Source of the DNA: a virus
Lineage: Duplodnaviria > Caudoviricetes
IMG/VR virus record: IMGVR_UViG_3300029305_002795
Location: 460-64,459 of that record
Reading direction: 5' to 3' (one strand)
DNA: 64,000 bases
Shown: positions 1-9,461 of the stretch, piece by piece
Numbering within the stretch: the first letter of the stretch is position 1
Layout of the letters: each line of letters opens with the position of its first letter
Notes under the pieces: model-generated
What the model was told of the DNA's origin: nothing
Database searches by the model: none
What the model saw: the letters and a program-made list of their open reading frames with translations, nothing else
Position numbers and translations under genes: made by a program

Positions 1-644
1 AAAAAAATCGACTGGCCGGCGGGAAAAATAAAATAAAAAATGTAATATGTTAGTAAATAAAAAACATAAAATTTTAATAGTTTTACAAGTATATAATTTT
101 AAATAAGTGTAAATAATAGTAGTAGTAAAACCATATACACGTAGCTAGCTTTTTTGTTTTTTGTACCCTTGTATTTTAGTATTTTAATATACTTAATTAG
201 CGAAGTTTTACAAGTGTTTTACGAGCTTTTTTGTTTTACTTAATAGTTTTATATTATTTTAGTTTTTTAGTACCCTTGTAGCTTATTGTAGTGTCTTTAA
301 AATAAGTTTTTTTAATATAGTAAAACCATATAACTAGGAAAACCTATGTAAATATAGGGCAATAGTTGTTATGCCTATTTCTCTTGGAAAATAATCCTAA
401 ACACTAAAAAACACTAGGCGAAAAACGCCAAAAGCCTTGTTATTACTGGATTTTAAGCCTATGGTTGTAAAGCCTTGATATTACTATGTTTCGCCAACCG
501 TAATCGCTCAAACGCCGTAGGGTCAAGGGATACCCTGCCCTACCCTTTATTTTAGTAAAAGTTTGTGGGGCTCACCCTACGTAAAAATTTCTCCCCCTCC
601 ATAACCCCTTCTTCAAAATTTTTTTTCGCCGTATATAAGGCTTC

Positions 645-784
645 TTCTTCAGGAAAAGGTGCTATTTCTTCAGTTTCTTCCGAAAAGTTCTTCCGGTTCT
701 TCAGGTTTGTTCCAAAATCAGCTGAACACGTTGGTACACAAGGGGTCCGACCTCTTTTCTTCAGGTTCTTCAGGGTTCTTCAGG
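645..784 (+). repeat. Cluster of TTCTTC(A/C)G(G/A/T) 9-mer direct repeats upstream of terS (candidate pac/TerS-binding region)
   Basis: Copies start at 645, 666, 675, 688, 697, 757, 766, 776; five are exact TTCTTCAGG. Confidence 0.8.
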
Positions 785-991
785 AAAAATTGAGTGTGTT
801 TTTACTATATATAAAAACAACACCACCGACAAAAAAGTTGAAGAAACGGAAGAAAAATCGCTAAAATAAATTAGTGGGTAATGGTAAACTATCCCAAAAA
901 ATTTTAGTATCCCGTTTTTGTTCAGGTTCCCGCCCTTGGATTATTTTTAAAATATGGTAATATAAGTAATATTAGAAAGGAGTTTATTTAC

Positions 992-1630
992 TTGCTAGAT
1001 TTAGAAGAAGTCAAAACGATGAAGATTCCTGGGTTGCCTAGGCTGACTGAGGAAAAATTAGAGTTTGTTGTTAGAACGTTAAATGGCGAAAATCCTCCGG
1101 ATGTTTATAGACAAGTGTGTAATATGGTGCCCGGCGAGGATGGGAAATATTTAGAGCCTAATAAAGCTAGTCAATGGCTAAATGCTATTTGGTATAAAGA
1201 GTACAAAGAGTATTATGAAAAATTATTAGCGGAGAGGGCTATTGTTGAACAAGGGTGGAATTTAGATATGTCCATTCTTGAACGTCGTAAACTTTATGCG
1301 CTAAATTATTTAGAGGTCGAGAGGTTAGCTCATGCGCACGATAAAGCTATTGCCTATTGGACAAAGAAAAAGTTAGAGGCAATTGAAAATGGTAATGAGA
1401 AGAAAATCGACTATTACGAAGAAAAAATAATCAAAGAAATTAAAAGTAAAAATATGGCTATTGCGAGTAACCAAGCTTGTCAACAGTCGCTTGAGGGACT
1501 GGATAAGCTTATGGGACTACAAACGGTGAATATTCACCATACTAGCGGCATTAATTTCTTTGGTGAAGATATGTGGGGCGACGAGGATGTTATTGACGGC
1601 GAAGCAGTCGAAATCCAAGAAGAAGATTAG
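992..1630 (+). CDS. terS: Putative terminase small subunit
   Basis: TTG start with AAAGGAG RBS; immediately upstream of and overlapping terL; helical N-terminus, acidic tail; assignment mainly positional. Confidence 0.6.
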   Translation: MLDLEEVKTMKIPGLPRLTEEKLEFVVRTLNGENPPDVYRQVCNMVPGEDGKYLEPNKASQWLNAIWYKEYKEYYEKLLAERAIVEQGWNLDMSILERRKLYALNYLEVERLAHAHDKAIAYWTKKKLEAIENGNEKKIDYYEEKIIKEIKSKNMAIASNQACQQSLEGLDKLMGLQTVNIHHTSGINFFGEDMWGDEDVIDGEAVEIQEED

Positions 1631-2900
1631 TGCGCTAAATATAAACCTTAAAAAAGCCGTCGGGCAGGGGTATGACGATTTTTGGAAATTCAAAGGTCGT
1701 TATAGAGTAGTCAAAGGCGGTCGTGGTAGTAAGAAATCTTGTACTACTGCATTATGGTTTATATCTAGTATGATGTATTATTACGAGAAGTATGGCTTGA
1801 AACCGCACTTGCTCGTAATTCGACGTTATTTTAACACTCATCAAGGTTCTACATTTGCTCAGTTAAAATGGGCGATTAAAAAATTAAAAGTTGCGCACTT
1901 GTGGAAAATTCGTAATTCACCTTTACAATTAACATATACACCAAGTGGACAAACTATTTTATTTAGGGGACTTGATGAACCTGATTCTATTACATCTATT
2001 ACGGTTGATGATGGTCATTTATGTTGGGTATGGATTGAAGAAGCTTTTCAATGTCAAAATGAAGAAGCTTTTAATAAATTAGATATGTCCATTCGTGGTG
2101 AGTTACCTAAACCACTATTTAAACAATTAACATTGACGTTTAACCCCTGGAGTGAAAATATTTGGCTGAAATCTCGGTTTTTTGACGTTCCGCCAAACCC
2201 TAATATTATGGCAGTCACGAAGAATTTTGACTGTAATGAATTTTTAGGGGACGACGATAGGCAAATATTTGAAGAAATGCGCATAAATAACCCACGACGT
2301 TTCCGTATCGAGGGAATGGGCGAATGGGGTATTGCGGAAGGTTTAATTTATAATAATGTAGTTGTTGAAGAATTTAACTGGCACGACCTTAAAACCAAAA
2401 AAGACAAATATGGAAATTTACAGTATCGTGAATATTATGGCTTAGACTTTGGTTATAGTAATGACCCTACTGCATTTTGCGCTTGTTTGGTAAACCAAAA
2501 AGAAAAAACTATACATATTTTTGATGAACTGTATATGTACCAAGCGACTAATAAACAAATTAGGGACGCTATTAAATTAAAAGGGTACGATAAATGTTTA
2601 ATTACAGGCGATAGTGAAGACCCTAGAACAATTAACGAGTTAAAATTATTAGGGTTAAGAATGGAAGGTGCCTTAAAAGGGCAAAATAGTGTTCTTCATG
2701 GTATCCAAAAAATTCAAGACTTTAAAATTATAGTTCATCCAAGATGTGTAAATGCACAAATTGAATTTTCTAACTATGTTTGGGATAAAGACCCTAAAAC
2801 AGCTAAAATCATTAATAAACCAATTGACGAGTTCAACCACTTTATGGATGCTTTCCGTTATGCGTTACATAGGGTTAATAATCCTGGCTTTAGTTGGTAA
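1587..2900 (+). CDS. terL: Terminase large subunit, PBSX/SPP1 family
   Basis: Walker A GGRGSKKS, Walker B WIEEA, TFNP, nuclease motifs GLDFGYSNDPTA and HFMDAFRY; start ATG 1587 chosen (frame open from TTG 1560). Confidence 0.95.
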   Translation: MLLTAKQSKSKKKISALNINLKKAVGQGYDDFWKFKGRYRVVKGGRGSKKSCTTALWFISSMMYYYEKYGLKPHLLVIRRYFNTHQGSTFAQLKWAIKKLKVAHLWKIRNSPLQLTYTPSGQTILFRGLDEPDSITSITVDDGHLCWVWIEEAFQCQNEEAFNKLDMSIRGELPKPLFKQLTLTFNPWSENIWLKSRFFDVPPNPNIMAVTKNFDCNEFLGDDDRQIFEEMRINNPRRFRIEGMGEWGIAEGLIYNNVVVEEFNWHDLKTKKDKYGNLQYREYYGLDFGYSNDPTAFCACLVNQKEKTIHIFDELYMYQATNKQIRDAIKLKGYDKCLITGDSEDPRTINELKLLGLRMEGALKGQNSVLHGIQKIQDFKIIVHPRCVNAQIEFSNYVWDKDPKTAKIINKPIDEFNHFMDAFRYALHRVNNPGFSW

Positions 2901-2901
2901 C

Positions 2902-2931
2902 TTTACAAATTTTGTTAATTTAATATATGTT
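2902..2931 (+). promoter_or_regulatory. Phage-type promoter TTTACA-N18-TATGTT driving candidate ncRNA and small ORFs
   Basis: One of eight copies with identical 18-nt spacing. Confidence 0.7.
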
Positions 2932-2940
2932 ATGTAGAAG

Positions 2941-3193
2941 GACAATTAAATTTAAACTGCGTTGCAGCGTAGCCCGCTACGAGAGTAAGGGAGGTGTGGA
3001 ATGCCTGCTACATCTATAACAAGAAAATACAGGTAGGGTCAATTCAGTAATGGGTTGACGGTTATAGGGAATAACCTAATGAAGATGTTTACATCTTTGA
3101 GCTATCGCTGGCTCCCAAGTAAGATAGCAACGAGTTTGTGGAATAGCAGTTGCACAATAACACCCTGCTTGACAGCCCGGAAAGACGGGCGCT
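2941..3193 (+). ncRNA. Candidate highly structured ncRNA or leader RNA (family unidentified)
   Basis: GC-richer than surroundings, no credible + strand ORF; at least 8 stems including G-U pairs and a GUAA tetraloop; enclosing stem 3031-3037/3164-3170. Confidence 0.65.
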
Positions 3194-3208
3194 TTAGAAA
3201 GGAAAATT

Positions 3209-3421
3209 ATGACGCTTGACGAATTAGAAGAACAATACGCTAAATTAAAAGAACGATATACAATAAGAAACCAACAATACGAAAATGGTGAAATATCGCC
3301 AGAAGTTTGGTCCAACGAATTGGATAGCTATTTAATAGCTTTTCAACTTATAAATAGATTAATGGAAGAGGCAGTAGAACAATTAAAGGCAATTAAAAAT
3401 GGAACCAAAATTATTCATTAA
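3209..3421 (+). CDS. Hypothetical protein
   Basis: GAAAGGA RBS; 70 aa helical. Confidence 0.75.
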   Translation: MTLDELEEQYAKLKERYTIRNQQYENGEISPEVWSNELDSYLIAFQLINRLMEEAVEQLKAIKNGTKIIH

Positions 3422-3605
3422 TGATAAACTCGTTGGAGCTTGGAAACAGTTTGAATCACGTATACTGTTTACAAAAGAATGCAGAAATCCTATTAAGTTA
3501 CAAATCGTGTTAGATGACGGACAAAAATTGGATGTGTGGGCTGATAAGGAAGATTTAAAAAGATGTGGCGTTTATTCGCAGGAGAACAAACAAAATGAAA
3601 CATAA
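3399..3605 (+). CDS. Hypothetical protein
   Basis: Overlapping in-series ORF, 68 aa. Confidence 0.65.
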   Translation: MEPKLFINDKLVGAWKQFESRILFTKECRNPIKLQIVLDDGQKLDVWADKEDLKRCGVYSQENKQNET

Positions 3606-3903
3606 CGAAATTAAATCATATTTTAGAAAACGTCTACAAAAAGAATTAAACGATATTGGAATTAAATGTTTAAATGTGGACGAGACTAATAACTTTGGCA
3701 GAATTTATTTAGTCAAAGACGAAGCAATGGAAACAAAGTTTCTTGTAAGTGCCTTCTTTAATACAGACGGATATAGCATTAATGTTTATCCACCTAAGAA
3801 GGTAATTTTAACTTTCAAAGATAGTGTAAAAGAGGCGCAAGATAGTTATACTAATCTTACGCCAATGTACGACCTTATTACGTTTTTAAAAGAAAATTGT
3901 TAG
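3595..3903 (+). CDS. Hypothetical protein
   Basis: AGGAG RBS before ATG 3595. Confidence 0.7.
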   Translation: MKHNEIKSYFRKRLQKELNDIGIKCLNVDETNNFGRIYLVKDEAMETKFLVSAFFNTDGYSINVYPPKKVILTFKDSVKEAQDSYTNLTPMYDLITFLKENC

Positions 3904-4073
3904 TCGTTTAAAGTTTTAGAATGTAAAGCTAAATTAACTAAAGTTAGTAACTTGACACCCACGTCATAAAGGGTGTCAATTTCTTGTGCTGTATAATGTT
4001 CTGTATATGAAACGTGCTTCGACAGTATTTTAAGTATGTCTATTAATTCGTTGTTTAATTTTTGCGACTCCAT
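3900..4073 (-). CDS. 57-aa hypothetical protein (MESQKLNNELIDILK...SKTLND), below ORF-track cutoff
   Basis: AAAAGGAGG RBS on minus strand (4081-4090); stop overlaps the convergent stop at 3901-3903. Confidence 0.7.
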   Translation of the reverse strand: MESQKLNNELIDILKILSKHVSYTEHYTAQEIDTLYDVGVKLLTLVNLALHSKTLND

Positions 4074-4173
4074 CCATATCGCCTCCTTTTATGTTATATT
4101 CCCATTGTATAACATATTTAAACATTTTAAAAGTGTTTTTTGTAAAAAGTTGTAGAAAATTAAGTTGAAAATT

Positions 4174-4183
4174 GTGTTATAAT
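4174..4183 (+). promoter_or_regulatory. Extended -10 promoter (GTGTTATAAT) upstream of portal operon
   Basis: TG-N-TATAAT about 50 nt before portal start. Confidence 0.5.
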
Positions 4184-4231
4184 AATTTAGAAGATTTCTA
4201 ATTCACTATAATAATAAAATAGGAGAATTAT

Positions 4232-5803
4232 ATGTTTTTAGATTTTGTAAAAGCTGGTTTACTAAGTGAAGAAACTTTAGTTCAAAAGTTAGAAAAACTA
4301 GGTAAGCCCCAAGAAGATTTCCTTTATATTAACATTGACGATTTTAAGAAAAGTACAACTAGAAAAGAAATGCTAGTTGCACAAGATTATTATGTTGGTA
4401 AACACGACATATTTAATAAGAAACGTTATTACATTGATAGGGAAGGTACACAACGTGAGGACGAGAAACTCGCTAATAATAAACTGGTACACCCTTATTT
4501 CACAAAACTGGTTAATCAAAAGGTTAATTACGTTTTAAGTAAAGAGTTTACAATGCAGGTTGACGAGGACGACAAGAAAGCAGTTGATTTTCGTGAAGCT
4601 TGTAAAGATTATTTTGATAAGGCATTTTTTAGACGTTTAAAAACTATTGGTAAACACGCTATTATTAACGGTATTGCGTGGATGCAAATATATTATGACA
4701 GACTTGGAAAACTATCGTTTAAACGTATTCCAAGCGAAGAAGTTATACCATTTTGGGCAGATGCGGAACATACTATTTTAGAAGGTTTAATCCGCTTTTA
4801 TAACATTACGGAATATAAACAAAACGGTGAAAAAGAGGATATTACTAAAGTCGAATATTACACAATTGAAGGCGTTTGGTATTACGAAATTAGAGACGGA
4901 AAATTAGTTATTGACAAGGAAGTAGTTACCGTTGAAAACCCTGCTAAAGGACATTTCCAAACTAAAGTTAAAAATAACAAAGGCGAGGAAGTTATTGAAC
5001 AACGTACTTGGAATAAAATACCGTTTGTAGCGTTTAAATACAACGACGAAGAAATTTCATTACTAAACTATGTAAAAACCTTAATTGACGACTATGACAA
5101 CCGTACAAGCGATACAAGCGACTTAATACAGGACGTTCCTAACGCAATTAGAGTTATTAAGGGTTACGGTGGTGGAGACAAAGGGGAGTTTTCTCAAAAT
5201 TTAGCTACATACAGAAATATTTTCGTTGATGAAAATGGTGGTGTAGACCAATTAGTAAGTGAAGCCGATACAACTTGCACCGAAGCGCATTTAAGTCGTG
5301 TTAAAGACGATATTTATGAAGCCGGAAACGGTGTAAATATACAAAAAGAAGCTTTAAGTGCTACATCAGGTGTTGCGTTAAAATTACGTTACGCCGACTT
5401 GGATGCCGACTGTATGGCAATGGCTAACAGTTTCGCTGCTAGTATCGAGGAAATATGTTGGTTTATTCAAATGGATTTAACTGCTAACGTGACCGAAGAA
5501 GAGTTTGAAGAGACTAAATTCGATATTTTATTCAACGCCGACGGTATTATTAACGAAACCGACGTTATTCTTAACTGTAAAAACTCATTGGGTGTTATTA
5601 GTAATGAAACTATTGTTGCTAACCACCCTTGGACAACTGATTTAGATAAAGAACTTGAACGTATAGAAGCCCAAAGGGAAGAAGAGCAAGAACTTATGGA
5701 AGAAGCCATGAATGACGGTTTTGGTACAACTAGACCTTCCGCTTCTATTAATCAAAACAGTACAAGAAATAAAACCATTACAGGCGCTAAAAAAGGTGAA
5801 TAA
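4232..5803 (+). CDS. Portal protein, SPP1 gp6-like
   Basis: KLANNKLVHPY, KRIPSEEVIPFW, IPFVAFKYN, LIDDYD, SGVALKLRY, NHPW motifs; position after terL. Confidence 0.95.
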   Translation: MFLDFVKAGLLSEETLVQKLEKLGKPQEDFLYINIDDFKKSTTRKEMLVAQDYYVGKHDIFNKKRYYIDREGTQREDEKLANNKLVHPYFTKLVNQKVNYVLSKEFTMQVDEDDKKAVDFREACKDYFDKAFFRRLKTIGKHAIINGIAWMQIYYDRLGKLSFKRIPSEEVIPFWADAEHTILEGLIRFYNITEYKQNGEKEDITKVEYYTIEGVWYYEIRDGKLVIDKEVVTVENPAKGHFQTKVKNNKGEEVIEQRTWNKIPFVAFKYNDEEISLLNYVKTLIDDYDNRTSDTSDLIQDVPNAIRVIKGYGGGDKGEFSQNLATYRNIFVDENGGVDQLVSEADTTCTEAHLSRVKDDIYEAGNGVNIQKEALSATSGVALKLRYADLDADCMAMANSFAASIEEICWFIQMDLTANVTEEEFEETKFDILFNADGIINETDVILNCKNSLGVISNETIVANHPWTTDLDKELERIEAQREEEQELMEEAMNDGFGTTRPSASINQNSTRNKTITGAKKGE

Positions 5804-6858
5804 TGGCTGAGGTCAATAAACGTAATGCAGAATATTGGCAACGTCGATTTGAACAAATACTAATTTCTAATGAAGAATTAGCAGTCGAATATGAAAAAGA
5901 ACTCGCTAAAATTTACGAGCAGGTTAAACTTGACGTACAAAAGGAATTAGAAGCTTTTTACACTCGTTATAGCACCGAAACAGGCTTAGACTTAGCGGAA
6001 GTTAAAAGAAGGCTAGACCCTAAACAATTAAAACGATTTAAAACGCAACAAAAAATTTATTTAGCGAAAGTCGAGGAATTAATTGAACAGGGAGCTAATT
6101 TAGAAAACTACTCTAAAACCTTACAAAAACTAGCCGCAAGGGCTTACGTTACGAAGTTGCAGGAAATCCAAAATAACCTTAATTCCTTAATAACTATATT
6201 AGCAGGACAACAAGAAGTAAATATGGCTAAAGTTTTAAATGCGTCGTATTTACAAGGTTATTTTAAAACTACCTTTGAACTTCAAAAAGGTTTAGGCTTT
6301 GGAATGTCGTTTACACAACCAAGTAATGAAACAGTTTTAAAAGTCCTTAAAACCCCCTGGAATGAAGGCAATTACTCAACTCATATTTGGAAAAACAAAG
6401 CTAAATTAACAAATTGGCTAAATAAAGATTTACCAAGACACTTTGCAGCCGGTTCAGGTGTTAAAGAAATGAGTACAGAATTAGCGGAAAAATTAGGTAC
6501 AAGTTATAATAATGCGGTTAGGTTAGTAAGAACAGAAGTTAATTATATTAGTAACCAATCCACAATGGACAGTTATAGGAATACTGGTGTAGTTAAAAAA
6601 TATCAAATATTAGCGACTTTAGATTCTCGTACAAGTGATATTTGTCGAGATATGGACGGTGAAATATTTAAAGTAAGCGAAAGTCAAGTAGCTGTAAATA
6701 CACCTCCTTTTCATGTTCGTTGTCGTACAACTACTGTTCCATATTTCGAGGACGATGAAGATGATTTGGAAAGAATTGCAGTAGGCTCAAAGGGTCAAGT
6801 TTACTATGTTCCAGGAAATATCACTTACCCTGAATGGGAAAAGAAATATCGAAAATAA
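5803..6858 (+). CDS. Minor capsid/head morphogenesis protein (SPP1 gp7 / Mu gpF-like)
   Basis: RLVRTE, ATLDSRTSDIC, PPFHVRCRTTTVPY motifs. Confidence 0.92.
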   Translation: MAEVNKRNAEYWQRRFEQILISNEELAVEYEKELAKIYEQVKLDVQKELEAFYTRYSTETGLDLAEVKRRLDPKQLKRFKTQQKIYLAKVEELIEQGANLENYSKTLQKLAARAYVTKLQEIQNNLNSLITILAGQQEVNMAKVLNASYLQGYFKTTFELQKGLGFGMSFTQPSNETVLKVLKTPWNEGNYSTHIWKNKAKLTNWLNKDLPRHFAAGSGVKEMSTELAEKLGTSYNNAVRLVRTEVNYISNQSTMDSYRNTGVVKKYQILATLDSRTSDICRDMDGEIFKVSESQVAVNTPPFHVRCRTTTVPYFEDDEDDLERIAVGSKGQVYYVPGNITYPEWEKKYRK

Positions 6859-6940
6859 TTCAAATTATAATAAAAAATATAGTTAAAAGGTGTTTACTAT
6901 TAAAATAACGGTGTCTAACCGCTAACGAAAAGGAGCAACA

Positions 6941-7558
6941 ATGGACAAGAAAAAATTACAAGAAATGGGATTAACGGAGGAACAAATTACAAAAGTTCTT
7001 ACCTCCCTAAAAGAAGGGTATGTTGAAAAACAAGCCCATGAACAGTCCACGTTAAAAGTTGAAACTTTAACAAAACAACTAAAAGAACGTGACGACCAAA
7101 TTGCAGGACTTAAAAAGTTTGAAGGTGATGCACAGGCTCTAAAAACTAAATTAGAAGAAATGGAAACAGCTAACAAAACAAAAGCTGACGAGTACAATCA
7201 AACACTTACTTTAGAAAGAAAGAAAAGTGCTATTAGATTAGCCTTGTTAGAAGATGAAGCTGGTAAACCATATGATGTATCAATGGTAGCAGGTATGTTC
7301 AATTTAGATACAATTAACCTAAATGAAGACGGCACTATTGCTAACGGTTTTAAAGAACAAAACGAAACTTTAAGAAAAGATAAAGCGTTCTTGTTCACAA
7401 CTAACCAAAGCACTAACCCAGGAACAAAGCGATTTGGAGAACCACCTAAAGATGGAACAAAAAATCCACCTGTAACCGACACACCTGAATCTTTTGGGTC
7501 TAGATTAGCCCAACAAAGATTAGCTATGATGGGTATTAAGCCAAAAACAGAAGAATAA
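6941..7558 (+). CDS. Capsid scaffolding protein (GP20-like)
   Basis: Coiled-coil, GLTEEQI N-terminus, KDKAFLF; precedes capsid genes. Confidence 0.85.
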   Translation: MDKKKLQEMGLTEEQITKVLTSLKEGYVEKQAHEQSTLKVETLTKQLKERDDQIAGLKKFEGDAQALKTKLEEMETANKTKADEYNQTLTLERKKSAIRLALLEDEAGKPYDVSMVAGMFNLDTINLNEDGTIANGFKEQNETLRKDKAFLFTTNQSTNPGTKRFGEPPKDGTKNPPVTDTPESFGSRLAQQRLAMMGIKPKTEE

Positions 7559-7580
7559 TTAATAGGAGGAAAAAGAACTT

Positions 7581-7910
7581 ATGGCTGTTAAAATGAAAAC
7601 AATCGAATACGCAAGCGCTAAAAACATTCTTGCTATTCCTGACCACTATGTAGCTATTGCTAGAAAATTAGAAAAAGATTCTGCATTAGCAGTTACAGAA
7701 GAAGGCAGAAAAATCGTTAAAGCAGGAACTATTTTCCCAGCTAACGACGCTACTGCAATTGGTGTTGTACTTAATGACTACGACGTTACAGACGGCGACC
7801 AACAAGCTGCAATCGTAATTCACGGCTTTGTTTTAGAAGAAAAACTACCAGCAAAACCAGCTGGCACCGTTGATTTACCACAAGTAGCGTTCATTAAAAA
7901 ATTAGGTTAA
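7581..7910 (+). CDS. Head decoration protein
   Basis: KIVKAGTIFPAND...GVVLNDYDVTDGD...HGFV; directly upstream of major capsid gene. Confidence 0.75.
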   Translation: MAVKMKTIEYASAKNILAIPDHYVAIARKLEKDSALAVTEEGRKIVKAGTIFPANDATAIGVVLNDYDVTDGDQQAAIVIHGFVLEEKLPAKPAGTVDLPQVAFIKKLG

Positions 7911-7936
7911 TAGAATACATTAGGAGAATATAAAAA

Positions 7937-9013
7937 ATGGCAAAATCAATTTATGAAATTTTTGATTCAAAAGCGATTGCGGCATACTGGACAGACGTAA
8001 ATGTTAATATGAAAGACTCTTACATTGGTCAACAGTTTTTCCCAGTTGCTAAACAAACAGGTTTAGAATTAGCTTGGATTAAAGGCAAAAACAACTTACC
8101 TATTGCGTTACAACCTTCTGCATTTGATACTAAAGCTTCATTACGTGACAGAATTGGTGTTAAAGAACTTTCAACTGAAATGCCTTTCTTCCGTGAAGCT
8201 ATGAGAATCGGTGAAAAAGATAGACAAAATATCGAAACTTTATTAGCAAAAGGCGAAAAATTCGCAGAACCAACAATTGCTAGAATTTTTGACGATATTG
8301 CTAACCTTGTTGAAGGTGGTAGAGTACAAGCAGAAAGAATGCGTATGTCATTATTGTCTGGTGGTACTATCGAAGTAACTGCTTCTGGCGAAACTGGACG
8401 TGACGCAAACTATGTTTACAATTACGACGCTGATGGCGAATTCCAAACTAAAAACGTTAAAACTTTAACTGCGGATGCTAAATGGTCAGCACACGCAACT
8501 TCAGACCCTATTGTTGACCTTGAAGAAGCAAAAGCTTATATGGCAGAAACATTCGGCGTTCAATCAACTAGAGTTCTTTTAAACTCAACAACTTTAAAAG
8601 ATTTATTAGCTTCTGAAAAAATCGCAAAAGCTATGAATCCAGTTGGTCACGCTAATGTTCATACAACTATTAACCAACGTAAAGCGTTTGTTGAACAAGA
8701 AACAGGCTTAACATTCATCGTTTACGATAAAATGTTCAAAAACGAACAAGGTCAAGAAGTTAAATTCTTCCCTAACGGTGTAGTAACATTACTTCCTTCT
8801 TACACATTAGGAAACACTTGGTACGGTACAACTCCTGAAGAATTTGATTTAATGTCTGGTTCAGAAGCTAACGTTTCAATCGTTGATACTGGTATCGCTA
8901 TTACAACATTAAAAGAAGCTCACCCAGTAAACGTTCAAACAATTGTTTCTGAAATCGTTCTTCCATCATTTGAAAGAATGAGCGACATTTACATCTTAAA
9001 AGCAAATGTTTAG
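7937..9013 (+). CDS. Major capsid protein (cap E family)
   Basis: 358 aa; GLELAWIKG, PSAFD, MPFFRE, NTWYGTTPEE, PVNVQTIVSEIVLPSFE motifs. Confidence 0.92.
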   Translation: MAKSIYEIFDSKAIAAYWTDVNVNMKDSYIGQQFFPVAKQTGLELAWIKGKNNLPIALQPSAFDTKASLRDRIGVKELSTEMPFFREAMRIGEKDRQNIETLLAKGEKFAEPTIARIFDDIANLVEGGRVQAERMRMSLLSGGTIEVTASGETGRDANYVYNYDADGEFQTKNVKTLTADAKWSAHATSDPIVDLEEAKAYMAETFGVQSTRVLLNSTTLKDLLASEKIAKAMNPVGHANVHTTINQRKAFVEQETGLTFIVYDKMFKNEQGQEVKFFPNGVVTLLPSYTLGNTWYGTTPEEFDLMSGSEANVSIVDTGIAITTLKEAHPVNVQTIVSEIVLPSFERMSDIYILKANV

Positions 9014-9033
9014 TTATTTTATAAAGCATAATT

Positions 9034-9058
9034 GGAGGGATTTATTCCCTCCTTTATT
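9034..9058 (+). terminator. Intrinsic terminator after major capsid gene
   Basis: GGAGGGA-TTTAT-TCCCTCC followed by TTTATT. Confidence 0.8.
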
Positions 9059-9085
9059 TAAAATTTTACAGAAAAGGAGTAAATA

Positions 9086-9442
9086 ATGACAAAATTTATC
9101 GTAAAAGGTGCGGTTAAATACGCTGGAAAAAACTATACATCAGGTTCAGTAGTGGACGTAGATGAAAAACACGTTGACGAGTTCAAATCTTATGGTTGGG
9201 AAATAGTTGATGAAGAACCTGCTAAAGAACCGGAAGAAGGTCAAGACCAAGATGGTCAAGATGCCGACGGTGAAGGCGAAGGTCAAGAAGGTGAAGGACA
9301 AGAAGGTGGCGAAGGCGACCCACAACCTGTTGACTACACAAAATTGACTAATGAACAATTAAGAGATTTATTAGACCAAAAAGAAATCAAATACGCTATG
9401 AACTACAATAAGGCTCAATTAATCGCTTTATTAGAAGGTTAA
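9086..9442 (+). CDS. Head-associated protein with acidic G/E/Q linker and C-terminal HeH/LEM-like domain
   Basis: DYTKLTNEQLRDLLDQKEIKY...KAQLIALL; low-complexity GEGQEG repeats. Confidence 0.7.
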   Translation: MTKFIVKGAVKYAGKNYTSGSVVDVDEKHVDEFKSYGWEIVDEEPAKEPEEGQDQDGQDADGEGEGQEGEGQEGGEGDPQPVDYTKLTNEQLRDLLDQKEIKYAMNYNKAQLIALLEG

Positions 9443-9461
9443 TAATAAGGAGTTAGGAACA

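Noticed and set aside
565-864. 99-aa ORF upstream of terS
   Set aside because: No RBS; low-complexity F/S/R translation arises from the TTCTTCAGG repeats
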